Assembly: GCA_016744705.1 (NCBI GenBank)
Contig: JADGDU010000004.1
Span: 118,801-182,800, forward strand
Length of the DNA: 64,000 nucleotides
Direction of reading: 5' to 3'
Origin: Candidatus Krumholzibacteriia bacterium
GTDB lineage: Bacteria > Krumholzibacteriota > Krumholzibacteriia > LZORAL124-64-63
Notes under the pieces: generated by a model
Database searches by the model: none
Seen by the model: the letters and a program-made list of their open reading frames with translations, nothing else
What the model was told of the DNA's origin: nothing
Shown: positions 1-9,734 of the stretch, in pieces
Numbering within the stretch: position 1 is the first letter of the stretch
Layout of the letters: every line of letters starts with the position of its first letter
Position numbers and translations under genes: made by a program

Positions 1-3000
1 GGGCCCCGGCCTGAATTTTCAGACGCTGTATAGCCACCAGGTTTTCCACCGCCGGGGGCAGTGGTCCGTAACGATCCTGGAATTCATCCCTGATACGGTA
101 GCAGGCTTCGGGATTGCGAATCCGCGCCACCCGCCGATAAAGATCCATCTTCTGTTGTGGGTCCCCCACATAATCATCAGGCAAAAAGGCAGAAAGCTTA
201 AGTTCCACCTTAACATCCAGCGGTGCAACACCACCGGCGCCCTGAAGTTCCGCTACAGTTTCTTCCAGCAGGCGGCAGTACAAATCGAAGCCAATAGCTT
301 CCATGTGACCGTGCTGCTGATCTCCCAGCAAATTGCCGGCACCCCGGATTTCCAGATCGCGCATGGCAATGTGATACCCTGACCCCAAGGCTTGGAATTC
401 TTCCAGAGCGGCCAGTCGGCGGCGGGCTTCCGGAGTCAGGCGCTCCCCTGCAGGAGTCATCAAATAGGCAAAAGCCCGATGATTGCTACGGCCCACACGC
501 CCCCGAAGCTGGTAAAGCTGGGCCAACCCAAATCGGTCGGCGCGGTCGATAATAATAGTATTGACCCGGGGCATGTCCAATCCGGACTCGATGATGGTCG
601 TGGTCACCAGCACATCGTATTGGTGGTCCAAAAATTCGGTCATGATCTTTTCCAGGCGGTCCTCGTGCATCTGCCCGTGAGCCCAAGCCACCCTCACATT
701 GGGCAGGATCTGCTTGATGAGCTGAGCCGTGCCTTCAATAGTCTGCACCCGGTTGTGCACAAAAAAGACCTGACCACCACGGTGCAGTTCTCGTAAAATG
801 GCCTCCACCAGCGTTTGTTTGCTGAAAGCGCACAACTCGGTGTGGATAGGTTGCCGGTCCCTTGGCGGAGTATTGATCAGGCTCATATCCCGAGCGCCCA
901 TCAAAGCCAGGTACAGGGTGCGCGGAATGGGTGTGGCACTGAGAGTCATCACATCCACCACCCGTTTCAGTTCCTTGATGCGCTCTTTGTGGCGCACCCC
1001 AAAACGCTGTTCTTCATCAATCACCAACAGCCCCAGGTCCTTCATCTTCACATCCCTGGAAAGCAAACGGTGGGTTCCGATGAGCACATCCACTTTGCCG
1101 GCTGCCGCATCCTTGAGGATGGCTTTTTGTTCCTGGGCGGTCTTAAAACGACTGAGGGTTTCCACCCTGACAGGGAAGTCGCGATAGCGTTCGCTGAATG
1201 TTTCGCCATGCTGGCGGGCCAAGAGAGTGGTCGGGCAGAGCACAACCACCTGTTTGCCACCATCGGCGGCCTTAAACGCAGCGCGAATGGCCACTTCTGT
1301 TTTGCCAAAACCCACATCTCCGCAAACTAGCCGGTCCATGGGTTTGGGGTCTTCCATATCGTGCTTAAAATCGGCGATGGCCGTGAGCTGATCTGGCGTT
1401 TCATCGAAGAGGAAAGAATCTTCCAAAGCCTTCTGCAGCGGGCTATCGGCGGGGAAAGAATGACCGGGACGAGCTTCGCGGGTGGCGTAAAGTTCAATCA
1501 ACTCGGCAGCCATGGCCTGGATGGCTTTGGCGGCCTTGCCTTTAACTTTCAGCCAACTGCCCGAACCCAATTTGGCCAGAGGGGGGTTGGCGCCCTGGTC
1601 GCTGCTGTAGCGCTCCACCTGGTCGATGTTTTCCACCGGCACATAAACTTTGGCATCCTGGGCGTATTCCACTAACAGGCATTCTTGCTGCACACCTTCC
1701 ACGGTGATCACGCGCAGTCCCTTGTAGTGTCCCACCCCATATTCAAGATGCACCACAAATTCGCCCGGCTTCAGGGAGGCCCGCTCTTTGACCAAACCGC
1801 TGCTGCGTTTGCGCACCCGGCCCGGCCGGCGGTAGCGTTCAAAAAATTCGTGGTCGGTCAGAATAGCCAGTTGGGCCTCGGGCCAATCGAATCCCATGGA
1901 CAACGGTGCCACTTGAGGCAGGGTCTGGCATGGGTCTCCGTCTGTTTCTTCAAGCAACTCCAGCAAACGATCGCTCTGGCCCTGATTATCACACAGGAGC
2001 AGCACCGTTTGGTCCAACTTTTCACGCCGGGTCAGATCTTCTTTCAAGACACTGACACCGCCACCACGCAAAGTCTGGCCACTGGTTTTGAGGTTCAGGC
2101 TGGCTGCAGGTTCCCAATTAAGCCAGCGGGAATCCTGGTCACCTTTGATCCAGGAATCGGCCAGAAAGACATGTGACATGCGGGTCAGGCGCAGATCATT
2201 GGCCGGAATCACCAGTTGTTCCACATCCGGCAGCACCGGCTCTTTCTCCAGGCGGCCCTGATGCAATCGCGGCAGTTCGCTGTCCAGCAATTCGCTCTGG
2301 ACCTTGAGTCGCGCGGGGTCCACCCAGATCATGGTGGTGCCATCGGGGAGGTAATCGGCCACCGTGGCACTGGCCCCCAGCCAGGGCAGAAAACTTTCCA
2401 GACCATCATCAATGAGACGATCTTCCAGGCGCGCCTCCAAGTCATCCAGAAAATCCGGATTGACGTCTGAGCCTTCGCTCTGCACCGACTCTTCTATGCG
2501 AGCCAGACAGGCGAGCATGGCATCATCATCCAGAAAAAGATGGCTCACTGGCAGGACCACAGCCTCTTCGCCGCGGACGGTGGTGCGCTGGTTCTCCACT
2601 TCAAACCACCGCACGGAGATGATTTCGTCGTCAAAAAACTCAATGCGCACGGGTTCATCACCGGGCATGAAAATGTCGAAAACACCGCCTCGACGGGCAA
2701 AATCGCCAACTTTGGCCACCATGCCTGCGGGACGGTAACCCCGCTGGACCAACTTCTCGCCCAGCTCCACCAGGTCAATGCGGTCGCCCATTTTCAAATG
2801 CAGCACGGCCCGGTCCAAAGTGCCGGGAGCCATCACTCGGTGGCGAGCCCCATAGACAGAGGTTACGGCCATAGGAGGATTATCGGCACGCAGGCGGTGC
2901 AATCCTTCCAGGAAATCGCCCACCAGTCCGGGTTCGGGAGAATTACGATCGAAGGCCAGAACTTCGGGTTGAGGCAGATGCACCACAGAGCCAGCGCCCA

Positions 3001-3286
3001 ACCAAACCTCGAGGTCAGTGGCCAACTGCTCTGCCGATTCCCGATCCGGTGTCACCAACAGGGCGTTGCGCCCATGGCGGCGGTTCCAGGTGGCCAACAA
3101 GGCCGTGGCAGCACCACCGTTAAGACCAGACAATAAAAAAGGGCCATCACTTGCAGAAGGATGGCCCCGCAGGGCAGACTCCACCGCCGCAACAGCCTCG
3201 AAGAGGCCCTCACCGCTTTGGTTATTTTCGAAGGCTGAGCGCAACAATCCCTGAGGGTTGTCACGATCGTCGGTTCGCTGGCTCAT
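1..3286 (-). CDS. mfd: Transcription-repair coupling factor Mfd (3' end runs off the window)
   Basis: Reading frame from ATG at 3286, same frame as the left edge. Manual translation near the left edge gives the TRCF domain (VELKLSAFLPDDYVGDPQQKMDLYRRVARIR...EFQDRYGPLP), and RecG-like helicase segments lie at about 800-1400. Absent from the ORF track because no stop codon falls in the window. Confidence 0.93.
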   Translation of the reverse strand, partial: MSQRTDDRDNPQGLLRSAFENNQSGEGLFEAVAAVESALRGHPSASDGPFLLSGLNGGAATALLATWNRRHGRNALLVTPDRESAEQLATDLEVWLGAGSVVHLPQPEVLAFDRNSPEPGLVGDFLEGLHRLRADNPPMAVTSVYGARHRVMAPGTLDRAVLHLKMGDRIDLVELGEKLVQRGYRPAGMVAKVGDFARRGGVFDIFMPGDEPVRIEFFDDEIISVRWFEVENQRTTVRGEEAVVLPVSHLFLDDDAMLACLARIEESVQSEGSDVNPDFLDDLEARLEDRLIDDGLESFLPWLGASATVADYLPDGTTMIWVDPARLKVQSELLDSELPRLHQGRLEKEPVLPDVEQLVIPANDLRLTRMSHVFLADSWIKGDQDSRWLNWEPAASLNLKTSGQTLRGGGVSVLKEDLTRREKLDQTVLLLCDNQGQSDRLLELLEETDGDPCQTLPQVAPLSMGFDWPEAQLAILTDHEFFERYRRPGRVRKRSSGLVKERASLKPGEFVVHLEYGVGHYKGLRVITVEGVQQECLLVEYAQDAKVYVPVENIDQVERYSSDQGANPPLAKLGSGSWLKVKGKAAKAIQAMAAELIELYATREARPGHSFPADSPLQKALEDSFLFDETPDQLTAIADFKHDMEDPKPMDRLVCGDVGFGKTEVAIRAAFKAADGGKQVVVLCPTTLLARQHGETFSERYRDFPVRVETLSRFKTAQEQKAILKDAAAGKVDVLIGTHRLLSRDVKMKDLGLLVIDEEQRFGVRHKERIKELKRVVDVMTLSATPIPRTLYLALMGARDMSLINTPPRDRQPIHTELCAFSKQTLVEAILRELHRGGQVFFVHNRVQTIEGTAQLIKQILPNVRVAWAHGQMHEDRLEKIMTEFLDHQYDVLVTTTIIESGLDMPRVNTIIIDRADRFGLAQLYQLRGRVGRSNHRAFAYLMTPAGERLTPEARRRLAALEEFQALGSGYHIAMRDLEIRGAGNLLGDQQHGHMEAIGFDLYCRLLEETVAELQGAGGVAPLDVKVELKLSAFLPDDYVGDPQQKMDLYRRVARIRNPEACYRIRDEFQDRYGPLPPAVENLVAIQRLKIQAGA

Positions 3287-3301
3287 CAAATCTTTCAGAG
3301 G

Positions 3302-4531
3302 CTAAAAAGTGGCCCGCTTCTCGTTGAAGGGAGTGATCATGCGCAGGCGCTCAATGATGGGTGGCAAAACAGCAGCCACATAATCCATTTCATCCATTTG
3401 GTTGTACCGGGACAGGGAGAACCGAATGGACCCGTGGGCTTGGGTGAAAGGAATACCCATGGCCCGCAAAACATGGGATGGCTCCAGGCTACCACTGGTA
3501 CAGGCTGAACCGCTGCTGGCAGCGACTCCCACCCGGTCCAGTAACAGTAGGATGCCTTCGCCCTCAATATAATTAAAACTGATGTTGGTGGTATTGGGCA
3601 GGCGTTTGTCTGCAACACCATTGAGTTTGCTATCAGGAATGGCCGCCAGCAGCAAATTTTCCAGATGGTCCCGCATACCGCGAACCACCGTGTTTTCATC
3701 GACGATACCACTGAGTGCCAGTTCGCAAGCCATGCCGAAGCCGGCCACCGACGCCACATTCTCAGTGCCAGCACGCCGGCCACGTTCCTGGTGTCCACCC
3801 ACAATCAGCGGGCGAATCTTGGTTCCTTTACGCACATATAGCGCACCCACGCCCTTGGGCGCGTGCAATTTATGACCGGAAATGGACAGCAGATCAATGC
3901 AACTGCTTTGCATATCCAATGCAACTTTGCCGGCTGCCTGCACCGCATCCACGTGGAAAACCGATCCATTTTCCTTAACGATTTGCCCGATGGCTTCCAC
4001 ATCAAACAAAACACCGGTTTCGTTGTTGGCCATCATGATGGAGACTACGGCGGTATCTTCACGGAGGCTATCGCGCAGCTCATCCAAATCCAGGCGACCT
4101 TCACAATCAACCTTGAGGTAGGTCACTTCGTAGCCGTGCCGTTTTTCCAGATCACGGCACAAACCCAAAACAGCTGGGTGCTCCACCGTGGTGGAAATCA
4201 GGTGGCGTTTATCGGGGTTGGCCCTAAGGGTGCCGACGATGGCCAGGTTGTCACTCTCACTGCCACCTGCAGTCATGACAATTTCGTTGCTCAGGCTGAC
4301 GCCCAAAAGGGCCATGATCTGTTGCCGAGCCTCGGCAATGGCATCGCCGGCCCGGGCCCCAAAAGAGTGCATGCTCGAAGGATTGCCATAGTGTTCGGTC
4401 AGCAGCGGCAACATTTTTTCCAGGACTTCAGGGGCCACCGCGGTGGTGGCATTGTTATCCAGATAGATGGGCTTTTCGGGCATGGGAGGCATGCCCTCCA
4501 TGAGGTTCATTCGCTTGCCATTGGTGCTCAT
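3302..4531 (-). CDS. nifS: Cysteine desulfurase NifS/IscS (class V PLP enzyme)
   Basis: IYLDNNATT, HVDAVQAAGK, SGHKLH (PLP lysine), SSGSACTS (catalytic Cys). Its ATG overlaps the nifU stop (TAATG). Confidence 0.95.
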   Translation of the reverse strand: MSTNGKRMNLMEGMPPMPEKPIYLDNNATTAVAPEVLEKMLPLLTEHYGNPSSMHSFGARAGDAIAEARQQIMALLGVSLSNEIVMTAGGSESDNLAIVGTLRANPDKRHLISTTVEHPAVLGLCRDLEKRHGYEVTYLKVDCEGRLDLDELRDSLREDTAVVSIMMANNETGVLFDVEAIGQIVKENGSVFHVDAVQAAGKVALDMQSSCIDLLSISGHKLHAPKGVGALYVRKGTKIRPLIVGGHQERGRRAGTENVASVAGFGMACELALSGIVDENTVVRGMRDHLENLLLAAIPDSKLNGVADKRLPNTTNISFNYIEGEGILLLLDRVGVAASSGSACTSGSLEPSHVLRAMGIPFTQAHGSIRFSLSRYNQMDEMDYVAAVLPPIIERLRMITPFNEKRATF

Positions 4532-5460
4532 TACTGGTTTACCTCGATGACTTGGATATCTTCACTGACAAACTCACGCAGTTGGGCTTCCACCACATTT
4601 TTGATGGTCACTTCGCTGGAGCGGCAGGCGGCGCAGGAGCCCGTCAACCGCACATAGACCCGGTTGTCCAGGAATCGAACAAACTCGATATCCCCACCGT
4701 CGTTGCGCAAAGTCACCGCAATGTCCTCATCCAGCAAATTCTGGATCCGCCCCACAATTTCAGCATCCTCAGGCTTGTGTTCCACTTGCCGGGGAGTGGA
4801 CTCGGCCTGGGGCATGGAGCCCAGGGCCTGAAGCCCGCCACTGCCTTCGGCCACCACAGTGCCGGAGTCTTCGCCATTCTCGATTTTATCCCAGCAATCT
4901 CGCAGCAGGTCACCAATGTCATGATGGCATTCTTTGCACCCGCCGCCAGCCTTGGTATGGTCAGTCACATCTTCAATGGTTTCCAAACGGTGGTTGAAGA
5001 TGGCTTCTTTCACTGTGTTTTTGGTGACTCCAAAACAGTGACAAAGCAAAGTGCTTTGTTGGATCATGTGGCAGGGTACGCCGCGTCCCAGACCTTTGTA
5101 ATAATCGATCATGGCGGCTTCGAGAGCCTCGCGCCCCATCACCGAACAGTGCATTTTTTCACGGGGCAGACCATCCAGCTCCTCGGCAATCTCCTCATTG
5201 GTGATCTTCGAGGCCTCTTCCAGGTTTTTGCCGATGAGCATTTCTGTCAGCACGCTGCTGGAGGCAATGGCGCTGCCGCAACCGAATGTTTGGAACTTGG
5301 CTTCGGCAATGCAGCCGCCTTCATCGAGGCGAAAAGTGAGGCGAAGAGCGTCGCCACAGGCCATGGAGCCCACTTCCCCCACACCATCAGGATTTTCCAC
5401 TTCCCCCACGTTTCGGGGGTTCATGAAGTGATCAAAAACTTTATCAGAATAATTCCACAT
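4531..5460 (-). CDS. nifU: Three-domain Fe-S scaffold NifU
   Basis: N-terminal IscU-like domain (ACGD, FGCGSA, MHCS), central BFD-like [2Fe-2S] domain (LCHCFGV...GGGCKECH) and C-terminal Nfu domain (GSCAAC). Confidence 0.95.
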   Translation of the reverse strand: MWNYSDKVFDHFMNPRNVGEVENPDGVGEVGSMACGDALRLTFRLDEGGCIAEAKFQTFGCGSAIASSSVLTEMLIGKNLEEASKITNEEIAEELDGLPREKMHCSVMGREALEAAMIDYYKGLGRGVPCHMIQQSTLLCHCFGVTKNTVKEAIFNHRLETIEDVTDHTKAGGGCKECHHDIGDLLRDCWDKIENGEDSGTVVAEGSGGLQALGSMPQAESTPRQVEHKPEDAEIVGRIQNLLDEDIAVTLRNDGGDIEFVRFLDNRVYVRLTGSCAACRSSEVTIKNVVEAQLREFVSEDIQVIEVNQ

Positions 5461-5488
5461 CTGCCGGACTCCCTGGATTGATTCGATA

Positions 5489-7621
5489 TCAAGCGCTGGC
5501 GGCCTTGGCCCCCGCGCCTCTACCCACGAAAAGTTCGGTTAAAAGAAGCAAAAATGCCAGACCAAAAAACCAGGGCGCAAGGTCGAGACCACTCAAAGTG
5601 GCCGCAAATTCCGCAGTTTGGCCAGTTTCCAGAAGTCCCTGAACCTCCAGATCAAAGAGATTCAGCTGCCGGGCCCAATCCTCGGGCTTCCAGAGACCAA
5701 CCACTGACTCTTCAGCAGGTATTTGAGCCGCCACCATACCAAGGGTGTCAGTGGCCGAAAGAAAGGTGGCAAAACCGGCATGATCCAGCACATGCCCCAC
5801 CAGCCGGGGAGAATCGCCCTGCCACACCAGGTCAGCAGTCTGAAGCGGCTGCCCTGTGTGGTTCAAAATCAGTAATTGTTCAGCATTTTCCAAAGCGGAG
5901 GGTGAAGTTCCGGGAGCCGGACTGATGGATGCCTGATGTCCCACTTCTGTATTAACCGCCGAGCCCTGCAGACCACCGGTGGCCAGCCAGGAAATCAATC
6001 TTTGGAAAAAAGGCAGTGCCATGGGGCTGAGTGAAATTTTCCCCGAAGAGGGCAATAAATTGAAGGGCATCAAGACAAAATGTCCTCGGCCCAATTCACT
6101 TTTCAGCAGCAGGGGCGATTCATCAGTCAATTCCAGCAACACCTGGACTTCACCCGACTGCACTTGAAACCAGCGTTGCCAGGTTATGTCTTCAAATGTG
6201 GTGATGGCCTCAGGTCCCAACCCCTGAAAGATGGGATGCCCCGGGTCCATGACGGTGAGTCGTAACTCCTGGCCTGCCTGTTTGAGCATCGGCTGGGCGC
6301 CGGGCATTAGGCCCAGCATGGGCAGCAGCGAAGAGTCCAGATATTCCTGAAGCGTTGGCTCTCCCACCAAAAAAGCCGCCACCCCACCAGCCTCCAGCCA
6401 ACTCTGCAAGCTATCAGCCGCGCGCCGGCCCAAAGGGTCCGGATCCAGTAAAACCACTACCGTGGCTGCAGCCAGATGCCCGCTGGTTAATTCCTGACTG
6501 GAGATTTCAGAAACTTCAAAAATCCCCCCGGAGCCTCCGGGAGAGAGAGCTTCAGCCAAGTAACGCCATCCACCACGTCCTGCGTTGGAGTCCACGGCTC
6601 GATCCTGCCCATGGACAATCAGCACCGGCAGGGTTTGGGGAACGGTGAGCACAAAAGGTCGTTGGTCATCAGCAGCAAAAGCATCGCTGGGCTTGCGCAC
6701 ATAACCGGTATGCAGCCCAGGGCCGGGAACCGAAAGGGTGAAATCCAGAGCCACCGGAATACTGGTCGGCTCTTCCAAAACAGCCTCAGCCACATGGTTG
6801 CCATCAATCTCCAAAGTGAACACCTGATCGGGTAGATGGCTGGTCACCATGGCCTTGATCTCTGCATTTTCACTGCGTTGCAAAGCCCGTTGGGGCAGAA
6901 TGATTTCTTCAATACCCCCACCTGGCGCAGGCTCACCCACCTGATGGATGATGATGCGAGCTTCCCCCGCCAGCAACAGTTGGTCTGCCGCAGTCTGTAA
7001 CCCTGTGGGCAATTTGTTTTCCTGGAGATCACTGACCAGAACCACATCTACGGGCTGGCTGGGAGCCTTGGCCACTAAAGAAGCCACCTCCCTGATAGCA
7101 GTCGACAAATCAAAAGCCCCATCGGTGGGCCTGATGGCCGACAGTCCAGCCACCGCACCAGTGCCCACGGGTAACCAATCCCCAAACAAAACCTCAGTGC
7201 GGCTGCCAACGGTTACTATTTGAACCGAAGTCTCCTGCGGCAGGGTTTCCATCATCCCCGAGCAGGCCGCCATGGCCGCCTCCAGCCGGGTACCGTTCTC
7301 CTGACGGGTGTTCATGCTGGCACTGGTATCAACCACAAAAATCACGCTGCGCACACCGTTTGAGCCAGCAGCCAAGCCACCCCAACGCGGCCCTGAGATG
7401 GCAGCCGTAATGGCCAATATGGCCAAGACTCTCAAGAGAAGGAGTAGCCAGCGACGGATACCCAAACTACGAGCCTGCTGGGCCTGAACTTCATCCAGAA
7501 AGCGCAGGTCACTGAATTTTTGTTTGTGGACTTTCTTACGGCTCAGAAAGTGGATGATGATGGGCAGCGAGGCCGCCAAAGCACCAAAGAGCAATGCAGG
7601 ATTGGCAAAAGCGATGGGCAT
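5489..7621 (-). CDS. BatA-domain + VWA membrane protein
   Basis: N-terminal FANPALLFGALAASLPIIIHFL...FSDLRFL (BatA-type), MIDAS-like VVDTSASM, C-terminal TM helix LAPWFFGLAFLLLLTE. Confidence 0.85.
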   Translation of the reverse strand: MPIAFANPALLFGALAASLPIIIHFLSRKKVHKQKFSDLRFLDEVQAQQARSLGIRRWLLLLLRVLAILAITAAISGPRWGGLAAGSNGVRSVIFVVDTSASMNTRQENGTRLEAAMAACSGMMETLPQETSVQIVTVGSRTEVLFGDWLPVGTGAVAGLSAIRPTDGAFDLSTAIREVASLVAKAPSQPVDVVLVSDLQENKLPTGLQTAADQLLLAGEARIIIHQVGEPAPGGGIEEIILPQRALQRSENAEIKAMVTSHLPDQVFTLEIDGNHVAEAVLEEPTSIPVALDFTLSVPGPGLHTGYVRKPSDAFAADDQRPFVLTVPQTLPVLIVHGQDRAVDSNAGRGGWRYLAEALSPGGSGGIFEVSEISSQELTSGHLAAATVVVLLDPDPLGRRAADSLQSWLEAGGVAAFLVGEPTLQEYLDSSLLPMLGLMPGAQPMLKQAGQELRLTVMDPGHPIFQGLGPEAITTFEDITWQRWFQVQSGEVQVLLELTDESPLLLKSELGRGHFVLMPFNLLPSSGKISLSPMALPFFQRLISWLATGGLQGSAVNTEVGHQASISPAPGTSPSALENAEQLLILNHTGQPLQTADLVWQGDSPRLVGHVLDHAGFATFLSATDTLGMVAAQIPAEESVVGLWKPEDWARQLNLFDLEVQGLLETGQTAEFAATLSGLDLAPWFFGLAFLLLLTELFVGRGAGAKAASA

Positions 7622-8517
7622 CAGTTCATCCGCCGTCTCTTTTGCAGGTACTTACCCAATCCTTTGTCGAAGGCCGTATCTGTGGTCAGTGGCACCAGAT
7701 CAATTTTTTGGCGACGGCATTCCCTGGTCAGATGACTCTGCCAGGAACGAAATTTTTCCTGATACCCAGCCCGCATGTGTGCCGGTTCAACGCGCACTTT
7801 CTGACCTGGTTGTTCCAAAGATTCGAATTCCACTTCGCCACTGAAATCGAGATCAATTTCCCGGGGATCCAGGATTTGAAACACCAGGACTTCATGCCCC
7901 CGGTGCCGGAAATGTTTGAGTCCATCCAGGATTGTGGCTGGGTCATCCATCAAATCACTGAAGAGGATGATCAGGCCCCGGCGTTGCAATCGTTCGGCCA
8001 CACGGTGCAGCACATTGCCCAAATGAGTGGCTTTGCCCTGGGGAAGTTTTTCCAGAATTTTCAGCACTTGAAAAAGCTGTTTACGCATGCTGCGGGCGGG
8101 CACCATCTGCAGTGGGTCTTCGTCAAAAGTGACCATTCCCACTGCGTCGTTTTGGCGCAGCAGCAGATATGTTAGCGCAGCCGCCAAGTAGGACGCATAA
8201 GCTTTTTTAGTCATACGTTCGGGGTCTGCGGAATAATCCATACTGGCTGAACAATCCATAAGGATGGTGGAGCGCAGATTGGTTTCTTCTGTGAAGACCT
8301 TGAGATAATGGCGATCGCTTTTGGCATACAGCCGCCAGTCAATATTTGCCACCGATTCGCCAGGAATGTACTGACGGTATTCAGCAAACTCGGCGCTGAA
8401 ACCGTGGTATGGACTTTTATGCAAGCCAGTCAGGAAGCCTTCCACCACCAGTCGAGCCACCACATCCAGGCGCCCCAACTGGCCAATGAGATCTGGCGTC
8501 AGCAAAGCCTGGCTCAC
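7621..8517 (-). CDS. DUF58 domain protein
   Basis: GLHKSPYHGFSAEFAEYRQYIPGE...IDWRLYAKSDRHYLKVFTEET; typical position next to moxR. Confidence 0.9.
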   Translation of the reverse strand: MSQALLTPDLIGQLGRLDVVARLVVEGFLTGLHKSPYHGFSAEFAEYRQYIPGESVANIDWRLYAKSDRHYLKVFTEETNLRSTILMDCSASMDYSADPERMTKKAYASYLAAALTYLLLRQNDAVGMVTFDEDPLQMVPARSMRKQLFQVLKILEKLPQGKATHLGNVLHRVAERLQRRGLIILFSDLMDDPATILDGLKHFRHRGHEVLVFQILDPREIDLDFSGEVEFESLEQPGQKVRVEPAHMRAGYQEKFRSWQSHLTRECRRQKIDLVPLTTDTAFDKGLGKYLQKRRRMN

Positions 8518-9497
8518 GAAGCAACCTCATCCAAAATCAGGGAAACGATGCGATCTTTGCTGATGCTTTCAGCCTCGGCGTGAAAGTTAGACACAATACG
8601 GTGCCGCAAGACAGGCAATGCCAGGCGCCGGATATCTTCCAGATCAGGTGTGGGCCGCCCATCAATCAAAGCCCGGGTTTTAGCACCCCGAATGAGGAAT
8701 TGTGCCGCGCGCGGTCCCGCACCCCAGGCCAGAAATTCGGAGGCGGCCTTAGCCTCTTCCCCGCTGCCCACTCTGGTGGCGCGCACCAGTTTCACAGCAA
8801 ACTCGGTGATATTGGCAGCCACCGGCACCTGGCGGATAACCTCCTGGTTGGCCAACACACCAGCAGCATCGATAATTTTTTCGAGATGGGTTTCTTCAGC
8901 CCCGGTGGTGTTTTCGATGATGGCCAATTCTTCGCTGAAATTGGGATAGTCGATGAGGACATTAAACATAAAGCGATCGAGCTGGGCCTCGGGCAAGGGG
9001 TAGGTCCCCTCCTGCTCAATGGGATTCTGGGTGGCCAGCACGAAAAAAGGAGCCTCGAGGGTGAAGGTTTGCCCACTGGTGGTGACTTCCCGCTCCTGCA
9101 TGGCCTGCAGCAATGCCGCCTGGGTTTTAGGGGGAGTCCTGTTAATTTCATCGGCCAGAATGACGTTGGCGAAAATGGGCCCCTTGATGAATTTAAATTC
9201 CCGGCGGCCAGTGCCGTGGGCCTCTTCCAGAATTTCAGATCCAATGATATCGCTGGGCATAAGGTCGGGGGTGAACTGGATGCGACTGAATTTCAGATCC
9301 ATAACCCGGGCCAGACTGCTAATAAGCAGGGTTTTAGCCAAACCGGGCACACCCTCAAGCAAGACGTGTCCACCGGAGAAAAGGGCGACCATCATTTCTT
9401 CAACAACACTGTCCTGGCCCACGATAACTTTGCTCAGTTCGGTGCGCATGGCTGTGTAGTTTTCCCTGAGTTCATCAATTCTAGCGGCGTCGCTCAC
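8514..9497 (-). CDS. moxR: MoxR family AAA+ ATPase
   Basis: GVPGLAKT (Walker A), RIQFTPDLMPSDI, ILADEINR, ATQNPIEQEGTYPLPEAQLDRF. Confidence 0.95.
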   Translation of the reverse strand: MSDAARIDELRENYTAMRTELSKVIVGQDSVVEEMMVALFSGGHVLLEGVPGLAKTLLISSLARVMDLKFSRIQFTPDLMPSDIIGSEILEEAHGTGRREFKFIKGPIFANVILADEINRTPPKTQAALLQAMQEREVTTSGQTFTLEAPFFVLATQNPIEQEGTYPLPEAQLDRFMFNVLIDYPNFSEELAIIENTTGAEETHLEKIIDAAGVLANQEVIRQVPVAANITEFAVKLVRATRVGSGEEAKAASEFLAWGAGPRAAQFLIRGAKTRALIDGRPTPDLEDIRRLALPVLRHRIVSNFHAEAESISKDRIVSLILDEVAS

Positions 9498-9734
9498 AGT
9501 CTGGGCCTTTCAAAAGGGGTTCCGATGATATTTATTTATTCAGGATAAGTCGATTGGGAGTTATCGTCCAGAGAAACACCGACAGAAGGGAATTGTCCCC
9601 GTTTCCCGACAAATCTCGCTACAGAGTCATCATTGTGGACAAATGGTTGTATATCCGGCAAACTAACTTACATTGCCCGGGAACCAGGATAACTTTCGTC
9701 GGAATAGCGCTCCAATCCCCCAGGAGGGGACCCC

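Noticed and set aside
3302-5460. nifU/nifS as evidence for nitrogen fixation
   Set aside because: No nifHDK or other nif genes in the window; NIF-type Fe-S assembly is a known housekeeping system in non-diazotrophic anaerobes.
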